DNA of 60,190 nt, filler included, from Sluysia triapertura (lineage: Eukaryota), in assembly GCA_046118255.1 (NCBI GenBank). It is 5 parts of 5 records of this genome, joined end to end, with 100 filler letters (N's around TTAATTAATTAA, not from the genome) between each part and the next. Parts side by side here need not be neighbours in the genome. Positions count along the whole stretch, not along the records: positions 36,158 to 49,231 come from JBJNIA010061758.1; positions 49,332 to 60,190 come from JBJNIA010192472.1; 3 more parts are not named here. One strand, 5' to 3'. This document shows positions 40,955-51,760 of this stretch, in pieces. Every line of letters begins with the position of its first letter. Within the stretch, counting starts at the first letter, position 1. A program made the position numbers and the translations under genes. Under the pieces are notes generated by a model, which saw only the letters and a program-made list of their open reading frames with translations, was not told the DNA's origin and did no database searches.

Positions 40955-41918
40955 TTAACTGTTCAAGTCGATAGGCGAGGAATCGGAATCGCTGTTGATA
41001 TCATCGTCCCAATAATGGCCGTGTGTGTATTGATCTTCTGGAATCTGTGTACTTTTTGAGGTGATCCACATCATGGGAGATTAGTTGTCATTAGTGCGGT
41101 TGAATCAAAAGAGGGAAGAGGTAAAGAACAATTAAGAAGAAAAGAAGGATCCTTTTAAGGAATGAGGTCATATAGTGAGACTAATTTAGATGCTGATTGA
41201 GTAAAGAAAATCGAGGCAGAGTCGAATATAAAAGTTTAAATGTTTGTCGAGTTCTAGCCAAGATGTTATGAGAAGGAAGACAGCAAATTATGATCGTTTA
41301 AGTTAACCAAAAGGAATCCTTAAGGTCTGCAAGATAAGTTGCGGATTAAACACGATAATTATCTTATCATAGAAATGATCCAAGAAATGATTCTCAGTAA
41401 GGCATTGCACATCAGTGAGTAAATTTGAAATTCTAAAGTTTGGCCTCCACATGATACTGCTTATTATAAGAAAGTTTATCTTCCATATCCAAAGCACGAA
41501 GAACAGCCTTTCTTCATCGAACACCGACAAAGTAGGTCGATATTTATAAGAACTTTCTGACCAACGTCTGATATTCGGGATGTCTCTCGTATAAATTCAA
41601 GAGGAAATAAAAGAAGCAATGATATCGGAAATGTGAGCGCTCTATAGCGTTTATTTATGTTCAAAAAACAGACAGTAGAAAGCATCACTTCGAAGAGAAA
41701 GAGGACCCACGGGCGATGGGACATCCGCAAGTTCGATAACTGAAATTTTAAGCGTGTGTGATAGCGTAAGGCTACGTCGAAATTGAATTCCCACTTAAAT
41801 TCGAGAATCAGAGAAGAAAATAGGATTGTCCGTCTCGTCGCAATGCTTGATAATAACTGAATAAAAGGATTTGATTCAACCGCCTTAAACTGGATTAGGA
41901 TTACATAACTGAAGACAT
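40955..41918 (-). pseudogene. Degraded orphan ORF of higher GC, nested antisense in a kinesin intron
   Basis: ISVIELADVPSPVGPLSLRSDAFYCLFFEHK*...IYTRDIPNIRRWSESSYKYRPTLSVFDEERLFF...QIPEDQYTHGHYWDDDINSDSDSSPIDLNS*, with several stops and frameshifts. Confidence 0.4.
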
Positions 41919-42539
41919 AATTAAATAATTATTCGTTCGTAATCGTAAATAATTAATGGTACATATAATTAAATAATTAAACAGTAAGTTTGAATAATTT
42001 AAAGGAAATATTTTGTTAATTTTTTTCTTGAAAATTGATTAAGAGGTTTAGTTGCAATAACTAAATGTAGAAATGTTTTAATTGTTTGCGACGGCAATAT
42101 CGCTTTTGAGATTTAGTCAAATTAGGTAAAAGGATTGGATCTGACCTTAGAATATGCGTTGTCTGTGAAATCTTTCGCTATTGATGGTTGTGTAATGTTG
42201 GTAGAACTATTTTGGTTCATCATTAGAAGAATCATGTGATTGCGTTATCTGATTAGTAAACGTTACATTGAAATTATAACAATACCGAAATTTTTTCCTA
42301 TAATAGATGTAACGTTTTACTATGGAACGGCATATATGGCAAGAATGAAAAGGTGTGGGAAGAGTCAAGAAAGAAAAGACAGCTAAAGTGTAATCTATGG
42401 TTGCAAGGACTATTGACAGCCCGATATTTTTAAGGATTCTCGAGCAGATAGGGCAAACAGAAAAGTCCATTGTTGTGAATTTCATTCTGAACATAAAAAA
42501 TTATAATAAGATAAATAACTGTTCTTAGCTTAATAACCA

Positions 42540-44107
42540 TAGTGGTTCTTCTATAAATACACCATCAGCATCTATAGTTCTCCATTAATCTTGCCTTATC
42601 AAAATCTAATACTGTTCTCTTTAGCTGCGGCAATATATCCATCCACATAATCATATCTTGGGGGTAGTTTCTCATTACTCTCAGTTTTACATTAAATTTA
42701 TTTCGTCCTAATTCGCAATGTGCTTCTAATTGCGTCTCCAGTGACACCTGCTAGATGTGTCAAATGATCAGCGAGTCCTTTAAATTCTTCATAATTGAGA
42801 ACATTTTCATTTATTAATGAAGCTACTGCACCAGTATTTATTAACGTTGTAATTGTTCTTCCGTTAATTCTTATATCGACCATTGGTCTTTTTGCTCCAT
42901 TATAGTTATTGTTAGAACATATATATACTGCATTTGATGATGGTGATGCTAAGTCAATTGGGTATAGTCGTTCCTTCTGGCTTTCTTGAGTTTCTTCGAT
43001 TTCCTTGTTCTCGTTATTCCGCATTGTTTGTAAGGCAATATTTTCATTTTGTTGTCTTTCCTTATCTGCGAATTTGAAGGATGTGATAAGTACTTCACTA
43101 GAAAGGAGAAACAATCTATTATCACTTTCCACATAAACACGTAAAGTTTGTAAATTCCTACTACTACATATTATTTTAATTATTATGTACATACCTATTA
43201 ATCGGAAAATGCTTGACCTAATACTAGAAAACTTCCGAAATCTGTTTTAAATTGTTGTGGGCTCCCTTTGTGAAGTGATCTGGCCCTAATAGTAATTCGA
43301 AGTTTATTTGTCCTCTCTATTGTGGTTTTATCAACAATATCTGTTAATATTTTAGCCTTTTTTATGGGGAGTAAAATTTCTTTCCAGGTGACTTGTATAT
43401 CTTTCTTTAGCATATATACCTGATTTCGGAATATTTCCGTTTTCCTTTAAATTCTGTTAATCTTATTATTCCGGCTGATTTAACTTGTCCTCTGTGTAGA
43501 AGTGATATCCATAAGTTGTCATCAATTCTGTATTCTGGTGCTATTACATTTTAACAATGTATTGTATATCTGTACCTCACCATATAGTACAGGTAGTTCA
43601 TTTGTACATTGTCTTTCAGATCTTAGTTGTACTTCTATTTTTTTACATTTATAAGTATACAGAACTCCTCCCATTAATCTACCAAATACTCTCTTCCAAA
43701 GCTAGTTATTGTGCCACTAAATTCGGATTTGTAATTGCCATTGAAAGTTTTGTTCTTAATAACCAGATGCATCTTTTCTAAGGACATTAGTCCTAAATGG
43801 TATTATAAGTTTATCTTATTGTTGTGGAAATAAGGGTTATGTGAAATTTAGTGAGGATGGACATTTTAAGTCAATGTTTTCATCCATTTCTGACACCACT
43901 TATTATTGTGCAATCGCGGTAGTTGATCTTGATTTTTCTTTATCACAATTCGTAGGTTTTGTCAAATATTTACTGTTTTGTCGTAATCTAAAAGTTGGAA
44001 TAAATTCAGTAATTTTCGTCGAAGAAACCTATTGTCAAATGACCCTATTGTGCACTCAATCTACCAAAATTGTACTTACAAAGATCTAACTTACCAATTA
44101 CCCGACA
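42540..44107 (-). mobile_element. 5' half of a Ty3/gypsy LTR retrotransposon (putative LTR, PBS, decayed gag, protease)
   Basis: Retropepsin RPMVDIRINGRTITTLINTGAVASLI followed, after a frameshift, by YPQDMIMWMDIL (ILG.D-like). Gag-like PEFSG upstream; PBS at 43881-43898. No RT or integrase follows. Confidence 0.8.
43881..43898 (-). promoter_or_regulatory. Primer binding site, tRNA-Leu-like
   Basis: TGGTGTCAGAAATGGATG versus the tRNA-Leu complement TGGTGTCAGAAGTGGGAT; first 11 nt identical; located upstream of gag. Confidence 0.7.
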
Positions 44108-44487
44108 GCTGTATCAATTTATGAATTAAATCATTCGAATATAAGATGAGCCGATACTACTCTGAACATTATGATTATAATATTGAGCTTATTTTTTATT
44201 TAAAAATACATTAATTATTTTATGAAAATTAAAATTAATTTTTGCGAAGTACAATTCGCAGTTGATAAAAATTCTAATTATTTACTGAATAAACTGCTGA
44301 GAATGAATATTATATAGCGAATTAATTAATTAATGCACGTCTGTTTTTTTAGAAATCTGAATTCAATATTTAATTAAGTATTTAATTTCTAAATTTATTT
44401 ATTACAATATTAATTTTGCTTACTTATTATTATAAGTAACAAATGCGAAATAAAAATATTCGTATATTTTATAAATTCAATTTTCAG

Positions 44488-44910
44488 AAAGAAACCTATA
44501 CCAGAAGTAAAAAAAGCTGAAGTGACACAGTCAATTGCCGAAATGCGAATTCAATTACGAAATGTACAAGAATTGAAAAAAGACAAAGAACGAAAAACAG
44601 AAGAAGTAAAACGACTCAAATTGAAGATAGAAGAATTAAAACAAACGATTAATCGTAAAGAGATTGAAATTAGAAAGGAGCGAAATCAGTATCGTAAAGA
44701 ATTGGCTGATAGCAAAAAGATGTGTAAAGCAATGGAAATGAAAGATCGACAATTAAAGTGTCAAATCGAAAAGTTAGAACTGCGTCATGCTAAAGAACAA
44801 TCGGTTTTGAAAAGACGATTGGAGAGCAAAAATGCAGAAGAGAAACGACTGAAGATGTTGCTGGAAAAACGAGAAGAAATTAAACAAAGAAGAGGCTTGA
44901 AAGCTTTAAG
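44488..44910 (+). CDS. KIF4: Kinesin-4 (KIF4-like) stalk, exon B
   Basis: TTTCAG/GTTAGT. KDRQLKCQIEKLELRHAKEQSVLKRRLESKNAEEKRLKMLLEKR resembles the conserved KIF4 stalk segment (DRK...E..KLE....KQ..VLRRK.EE.....KRLK..L.KQ). Confidence 0.8.
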
Positions 44911-44993
44911 GTTAGTAAGTTTTTACACAGATTTTATGTTAAATTTAGCTACTTACAACAATAAGTAATACAAATATTGTAAAATAATTTCAG

Positions 44994-45295
44994 TACAACT
45001 GTAGATATTCGTAAACAGCTTTCCTTTTGGATTAATGAATACCTCGATAAAGCGTCAAATCAATTCGAATTGAAGAATAGATACGAAAAATTGATTAATG
45101 AACGCGCAAATGTTAACAATGAGTTGTCTCGCTTAAATGAATACGAAACAGACGCTGAATTTGAAATGACGAATGAAACTCGAGAAGAATTACAATCTAA
45201 TTTGGATTACTTGAACAGTAAAATCGAAGAATTGCAAGGGCATATTTTTGACGATTTTGAAGATGAAATTTCTTGTTCCGAGCATGATGGTGCAG
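44994..45295 (+). CDS. KIF4: Kinesin-4 (KIF4-like) stalk, exon C
   Basis: Follows an 83-nt intron; TTTCAG/GTTTGT. QLSFWINEYL...LINERANV...LDYLNSKIEELQGHI parallels KIF4 WL..E / L..DR / ..SAQI.DLQ. Confidence 0.8.
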
Positions 45296-45373
45296 GTTTG
45301 TAGTTTTCATTTTAAATTTATCGAAGATTCAAAATCGATATTTGAGTAAAACAATCGCAAAATTAATGTGGTT

Positions 45374-45803
45374 TTCTTAAATCTAAACCTACGGCAAAAT
45401 AAAAATTGAGCAGGGTTCGGTTATAGTAAACAACTTATATCGTGTAGAAGGCGTCTCTCTAACTTAATTAAAAGAATTTTATGTATGAGGGCTTAATCAA
45501 TCTGATTTTAAAGTAATAATCAAAAAAATGCAACTATAAATTAAGAGATTTGATCGAAGTAATATCGTCCAAATAGAATAATGGAAAAGTTGATACAAAG
45601 ATAAAAACAAAATGGCGAATTAATGCAACTGATGCTAGTTTATGTACTATCCATCAACCAATAGAAATGTTCTTTTCTATTTTTAGTAGGAATTTTCTTT
45701 TTTAGAAAATAAGTTATTTTATTGAAAAATGAGGTTAATTTAGTGCGGTAAATTGTTTTTAGGTATTGTTTTGGATCTTTAATAGGGTTGTGATGACAAC
45801 CTA
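45374..45803 (+). repeat. Dispersed repeat family A, intronic copy
   Basis: Shares 5' and 3' blocks with 33886-34598; ends GGTTGTGATGACAACCTA. Confidence 0.7.
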
Positions 45804-45978
45804 ACAACATATGACATTCGTCTATTTTGACCATTAATAATGGTCTTGAAAAAATGTCTGATCGTACTAAAGTTATTTGTTAAGCTTACATATTTTAAAA
45901 AATAATATTTATATTTGTCTACTGACAATTTTAAGTAGTTAATATATAATAAACTATAATGATTAATTTACTATTTAG

Positions 45979-46253
45979 ATCAAGGATCCTCAACTATTGT
46001 TACCGACTTGTCGAATTTGTGGAAGCAACTAAAAACAACGGGTGATTATCGCGCAGCCGTTACGCTGTTATTTAATGAGATGATTAGACAGAAACAGAAA
46101 TTAATTGCGGAAAATATCAAATCCGAAGAATTAAAACATCAACTGGAAATATTGGAAGATTGTTACAATAAATTAAAAGAAGAATATGAAAGATTAAAGA
46201 ATGAAAAACGTCGACGAACCAAAGCTCGCCGTTCTACATTAATTTTCAATGAT
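45979..46253 (+). CDS. KIF4: Kinesin-4 (KIF4-like), exon D
   Basis: TTTAG/GTTAGT; phase 1 matches exon C; LWKQLKTTGDYRAAVTLLFNEM resembles KIF4 W..I.T..EAK.AL..L. Confidence 0.75.
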
Positions 46254-46444
46254 GTTAGTGGGGTTTTTTCTGTTGTGTATTGTCCTTTCGAAACATTACA
46301 TTGTCTTATACATTATACATCGCGCATACTCACAAATAAATTATTTTAAAAATAAGCAGAAAACAGCACTTCAAACAATACACAATGAAGAAAATATTGT
46401 GGGAAATATAAAGATTTTGAAAGACATTTAGGGCCACCCGTTCA

Positions 46445-46730
46445 TTCCATCAAATTATCATAATACAGTCACATTTCTCTGTTATTCCATAATAACTCTA
46501 ATAATAAGTGAATCATTCATCATTAAATTATTATTATCTTTATTTAACACCTCATTCCATCAAAATAACATCATCAAATCATCATAAATTAATAATTATC
46601 ATAATACAGTCACATTTCTCTGTTATTCCATAATAACTATAATAATAACTGAATCATTCATTAAATTATTATTATCTTTATTTAACATCTCATTCCATCA
46701 AAAAACATCATCAAGTTATCATAATACAAA
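46445..46730. repeat. Tandem duplication, about 141-nt period
   Basis: TTATCATAATACAGTCACATTTCTCTGTTATTCCATAATAACT at 46455 and 46596. Confidence 0.9.
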
Positions 46731-46740
46731 TTATACAACT

Positions 46741-47569
46741 AATAGACCAAGAGGTTATTTGGAGTATGAAATCTTTTGACAAAGAAAATTTCATGCTAAG
46801 GATGATGAATAATGATATTCCATTAAAGATGCAATTTATTGTCTAGCAAGCTCATGGAACACGCGTGGAATAAATTGTACTCAGAAAGTAGTAATAAACC
46901 GAAAAATGATGAAGTTAACTCAATAGCTCAGCAAATCATTAACATCAGCTATCTCACAAAAAATAGTAAATGATGTTGAAGTAGGAATAAATTATGATGA
47001 AAGAATTGGAAGTAATATTCCGAAAATAAATCAGAGGATTCTTGTTCAAATGTTCAAAATAGAGGATACAGAGAGTCAATGGAGACTGTGACTCCTAGAG
47101 AAGACTCCTTATGCAAGCATATGCGTTGCAAAGAGAAATATCTAAGCCAAAGCTTCAAAGCCGTCGAAATTCCGTAATCTTGTTAAAGGCACTCTAGAGG
47201 CAGCTGAGTATTCAGCTGAGTTGGCCATTGATGAACTGGAAGGAGAAGACAGCACAACAGATGAATAATGATTTTATTTAGCTATAACACCAAACAAAAT
47301 TAAGTAATAGTAAAATTTGGTTAAGCAGTCAAAACCTTAAAAGTGTATAAAATCACTAGTTATTCAGTTTAAAGAATGATTTTTTATTTAAGTGTGTATG
47401 AAATGCATTTATTATCTAATTTTCAGTACGTATCTGTAATTATGTACTTACAGTTAACAAAACACACCTATTTGATTTTGAAAATCTTTTATTTTAACTA
47501 AAACTAAAACTGGAACAACACTCCAAAAACCAGAACATTGAACGTGTTCCAGTTTTAGGAGGTCTAATG
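46741..47569 (+). mobile_element. 3' half of a second Tigger/pogo-like element
   Basis: IDQEVIWSMKS (PMDQGVI..K), IKDAIYCLASSWN / AWNKL. Right end TGTTCCAGTTTTAGGAGGTCTAATG|TA, with an inverted CTAAAACTGGAACA at 47504-47517. Confidence 0.65.
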
Positions 47570-47893
47570 TATTTCCACTGATTTATCCAATAAACAATCG
47601 GACATATTCACTTTCAGTTCCTATCATAATCGACGAAATCCTTTTGTTTTCGTTATTATTCCTATCAATGTGACTGTTTCTTGTCTTATTTATTAATGTT
47701 TCATCTTTAAACTTTGCATTATTTCATTCATTGTTTTGTTTTTAATATTTATTTCATATCAATAATAACTTTGTTTTCATTTCTCGATATCTTTCGATAT
47801 ATATGTTAAACAATCGGTAACCAAATTCAATGTGAAATAATCTTGCTTCTATCTTATTTATTGTGAAATTACTTTATGATTTTATAATTCCAG

Positions 47894-47938
47894 AATGACG
47901 ATGATGATCATGATCATGGACCATTTCCCAAACGAAAA
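47894..47938 (+). CDS. KIF4: Kinesin-4 gene, candidate exon E (45 nt)
   Basis: TTCCAG/GTTAGT, phase 0-0, NDDDDHDHGPFPKRK. Confidence 0.55.
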
Positions 47939-48979
47939 GTTAGTTTTCAGTTAATTTATAATCATTATTTTACAGTAATAATAATAATAATATTGAATCT
48001 CAGACTGTTTAATCTTAACGTACTAGCAACGGTTGTTGGCTTATTAATTATTTTTACTTGTATACCTACGATTAGGGATTACTCTGCAATAGTTCGATTG
48101 AAGAGTGGATCATTATCAGATTTCTTGATAGAGATAGAGGAAAGAGATAAATGGAGAGAAAAAGAAAAGAGATACATGGAGAGAAAGAAAGAGAGAGAGA
48201 GACAATTAATTAATAGAAAATTATAAAATAGAATCTTAAAAAAGTCAAAAATATCTCAATATTTTGCACTGATTTTTTATAGTTTTTGTTTTTTTATTTA
48301 TGAACACTTTCTCCATGATTTAGTTATGGTCAGTTTGGAGTTGGATGAATACTTTGTCCGAGTGTTATGCGGCGATAAAGAAGTATTTTATGTGTAAGTT
48401 ACTCTACATCCTTCACATTTTCAAGCATGTTTTTCGCATTGGCTGTATGGTGGGTGTGTAATGAAATATCAAAATTCGACAATTATAAAAATTATAGTAT
48501 ATTTTCCATTTTTTTACAGATACTGCTATTCTCATCCGTTCACATGAATCGTACAGATTTGTAGTACACTGCATAAAGTCTTAATGGCAAACCTGTATTA
48601 AAATAAGTTCTATCCACATTAATGTATTTCTGGTGTTCAAAAAGCTTTGTGTTTTTGCTATTTTCTTGATCAACTTGACTGTTTCTTGTCTTATTTTTAA
48701 AGTTTGCATTCATTCATTGTTTTAATTTAATACGTATCAATAATAACTCTACAATCATTTATATGCTTTGTTGTTAGCTGCTGCTTCATTTCTCGTTGAT
48801 ATTTTACTGGCGCAATGTGGTATTTTTAGACAATCAGTTAAGCATAATTTTAATCCATGTTTTGTCTAAATACTCAATCTTAATGATTGCCAACATCGAG
48901 AAGACGAATTAGAGTGCATATTGTTGCGGTAAAGTGCCATTTAGAATAATGATAGTATAATAAAGTAAAATTGTTAGAC

Positions 48980-49044
48980 GGGACTGATAGCTTTAGTGAT
49001 CAGAGCATCGAACTGCACAGCTATGAAACGAGAGGTCCAGAGTT
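48980..49044 (+). pseudogene. tRNA-Cys(GCA)-derived sequence (pseudo-tRNA or SINE head)
   Basis: GGGACTGATAGCTTTAGTGATCAGAGCATCGAACTGCA...CGAGAGGTCCAGAGTT follows animal tRNA-Cys (TAGCTCAGTGGTAGAGCAT..GACTGCAGATC.AGAGGTCC..GGTTC). The 3' T-arm and acceptor half are missing. Confidence 0.6.
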
Positions 49045-49231
49045 TATTTATTGAAATGTGTTAGTGATGTGACACATTGATTTTTTGATTGATTAATATC
49101 AGTTTTACTTTAGTAGTGTTAATTATCATAATTTTATATTTTTAGTATTTGAATGTAATTATCTGTACTAATTAGCATGCGGCTATAAGCATCCTGTCGT
49201 AATATGACAACCAGCAATATGACAATGACGG

Positions 49232-49331
49232 NNNNNNNNNNNNNNNNNNNNNNNNNNNNNNNNNNNNNNNNNNNNTTAATTAATTAANNNNNNNNNNNNN
49301 NNNNNNNNNNNNNNNNNNNNNNNNNNNNNNN
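49232..49331. other. Assembly gap with artificial linker
   Basis: 44 N + TTAATTAATTAA + 44 N. Confidence 0.95.
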
Positions 49332-49360
49332 CTACCACTGAGCTATCAGCCCCGTCTAAC
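49332..49360 (-). repeat. Second, inverted tRNA-like head cut by the gap
   Basis: Reverse complement GTTAGACGGGGCTGATAGCTCAGTGGTAG has an intact A box and the same 5' flank as 48973. Confidence 0.7.
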
Positions 49361-49388
49361 TTTTTCATTTTCAATATATTCAATTATA

Positions 49389-50330
49389 CTACTTGGCACT
49401 TTTTAGGCTTTTTTGCCCCAACAGTACTTTAGGCCTTTTTAGGAGTTTTGGGGTTTTAGGGCGTTGATATTCATCTTTAGTCTTATGATGTAATGGTAAT
49501 ATAGTATTTTTTAGCCTGATTAAAAACATAACGAGCTTCTTACTACATTCATATAGAGCAAGTTTAAAGAATGAATTTAGGGCATCAGAAACTATTTTAA
49601 TGTTAGGCTTAAAACAAATGATGTTCATAACTCTACTAGAACCTATCAATTTATCTTTTTTATTATTAAAGTACTGTATGGTCTTAATTTTAGAATTATT
49701 TAACAAGTTGTCAATCTTTATATCTTTAAATACGAATTTAGTAAATTCGACTTCAAAAATATCAAAAAATTTAGCATCATTTATTTCTAACAAATACATG
49801 ATCAATACGTTATTGTTTAGAATGAACAAAAAAGCTTTTAAACTACTAATATGAAAATCTACTATTAAAAGATCGATTGTTATAATTTTTGATGATGACA
49901 CAATTATATTCGAATTTAAAATTTTGTTTTCCACTTCAATTTCTTCTTCTGACCCCTTGTAGTGTGGTATGCTCTGTTGCTCTTCACCAATCCAGCTGTC
50001 AAACGTGTAAACTAAAATAAAATTGTAAAATGTAAAAAATTAGCACTCACACAAATTGTTCCAAAGTTTAGGATGTTTTTGATAAAATACTCTGGGGATT
50101 ATTCAATTATGCATTCACATATCAAAATCTAACGTAGCAGTACTTTGTTGGAATATTGGTTCTGGTTCACCTAGTTCAGACCTTTAAATGAGTTTTCGTA
50201 CATAGACATGGCTTTCGATCCTTGAGTTGTTTAAATAAGTAACATTTAATTCGTTGTTGATCATGAGGATAATAATATTTAGACATAAATTGGTCGTGTC
50301 TATCAGCATTTTAATAATTGTTTGTGACCG
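49389..50330 (-). pseudogene. Orphan two-exon gene remnant nested antisense in the last kinesin intron
   Basis: Open frame 50011-49389 (YTFDSWIGEEQQ...KSAK*), joined by a 39-nt GTGAGT...TTTTAG intron (50050-50012) to IIPRVFYQKHPKLWNNL. The upstream part has in-frame stops. Confidence 0.4.
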
Positions 50331-51469
50331 AGCTAATGTTACTGTAACTAAATTTACGTCATGTAAAAAACGATCGTGATCACGATCATAAAATATATAT
50401 ATATATATGGTGTCATTTTTGAAACCACGTAAAAACACATTTTTAAACGTAATAAAGAAACCATTACAATTTTATTTGACAATAAACTTTCCATTAATTT
50501 GATTATAAAATCAAAGTTTAGATTGCATTTATTATATAAATTTAATTTATTTCTATATTTAAGTCATGTTTATAAAAATATATTGAGATACTTATTAAAT
50601 TTGTTGTTTGAACCAAATATTTATTATAATACGGATTAAAAATGTGGTTATATCATGAATTGCACAACCGAATATAAGATTGTTATCAAGTTTTGTTTAT
50701 TCATTTTCTTAAATAAAATCGTAAAATATAATCTACAGAAACAGTATTGTTTCCAATGTCATGGTGACCTGTGTTGTAAAAATTAAATGCTATTGTTATT
50801 GTTATTATTATAAATTGTTTTCAAATTTGTTTTGACTTTCAAAACACCAACATGCAAAATAGATCATATACAAAAATTAAATAATATTTATTTTTTGATT
50901 TTATTTTTGATAACCCGAACATTCATAAAACTGCCACACTTTTAGACCTAAATCGTGGGTATTTGTGATGCATATTTAATGATTGCTGCTTATAATTCCT
51001 GAGTATTCACACTAATATGTTGAAAACTTCGACCTTCGGGAATTCTGAAGCAGTAATTCAAAGAATGATTCTCTTTGTACAATTAAATGATCGGTTAAGT
51101 GAAACGCCATCTTATTGAAAATATTCCGCAATCATTCGGGAATTTACATAATTAACACTCAATCTATGTCAGAAGGCAAATATTTTGAGCATCTGAGTTT
51201 TCTAAAAATTTGTTTTTTCAATTACTAAAATATCTTTGTTTTCGAAGTGTCTTTCACTGTATTGTCCATTTGAAAGATTTTATATTTAATAACAATAAAA
51301 GAATTTTCCAAACACTCAATTTCATTATATTTTTACATTTATTTTGTTTTTCAGTCATAACTTCTTTCATATTGATTAAATTTGATCTTTGTTAATTGTA
51401 TAAGCATCAATAAATGAATGTACAAGTTGTCGCATGAGCCTCTTTACTATATCATAACTATGAGAAAAT

Positions 51470-51760
51470 TTTATTTTCCACAAAAGCAAGAAAACATTGA
51501 TAAACAATAGTCAAACTTTTATCGTACATGTTCAAATGTTTATTCATTGGTTATATAGAACTGTAATCGATTTTCATTTCAACAATATTTTTTCATGCAC
51601 TAATTGTTTGATATGATCCCAGAGAAAGTAGTTCAAAGATGCTAAATTAGTCCACGAATGTCAAATTCAGCCAAATTATCACGGTTTACTCACAGTCGTT
51701 ATGCCCAACGTCTTGATCATTGTTAGGCATCACGGAAAACAATAGATCAATACTGATTGA
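51470..51760 (-). mobile_element. Tc1/mariner-superfamily transposase C-terminal fragment
   Basis: NLASLNYFLWDHIKQLVH corresponds to the DL.PLD(F/Y)FLWG..K..VY motif. Confidence 0.5.

Noticed and set aside
47993-48226. 77-aa ORF with a hydrophobic start and charged tail
   Set aside because: The tail derives from a GA-rich simple repeat; TTG start; intronic.
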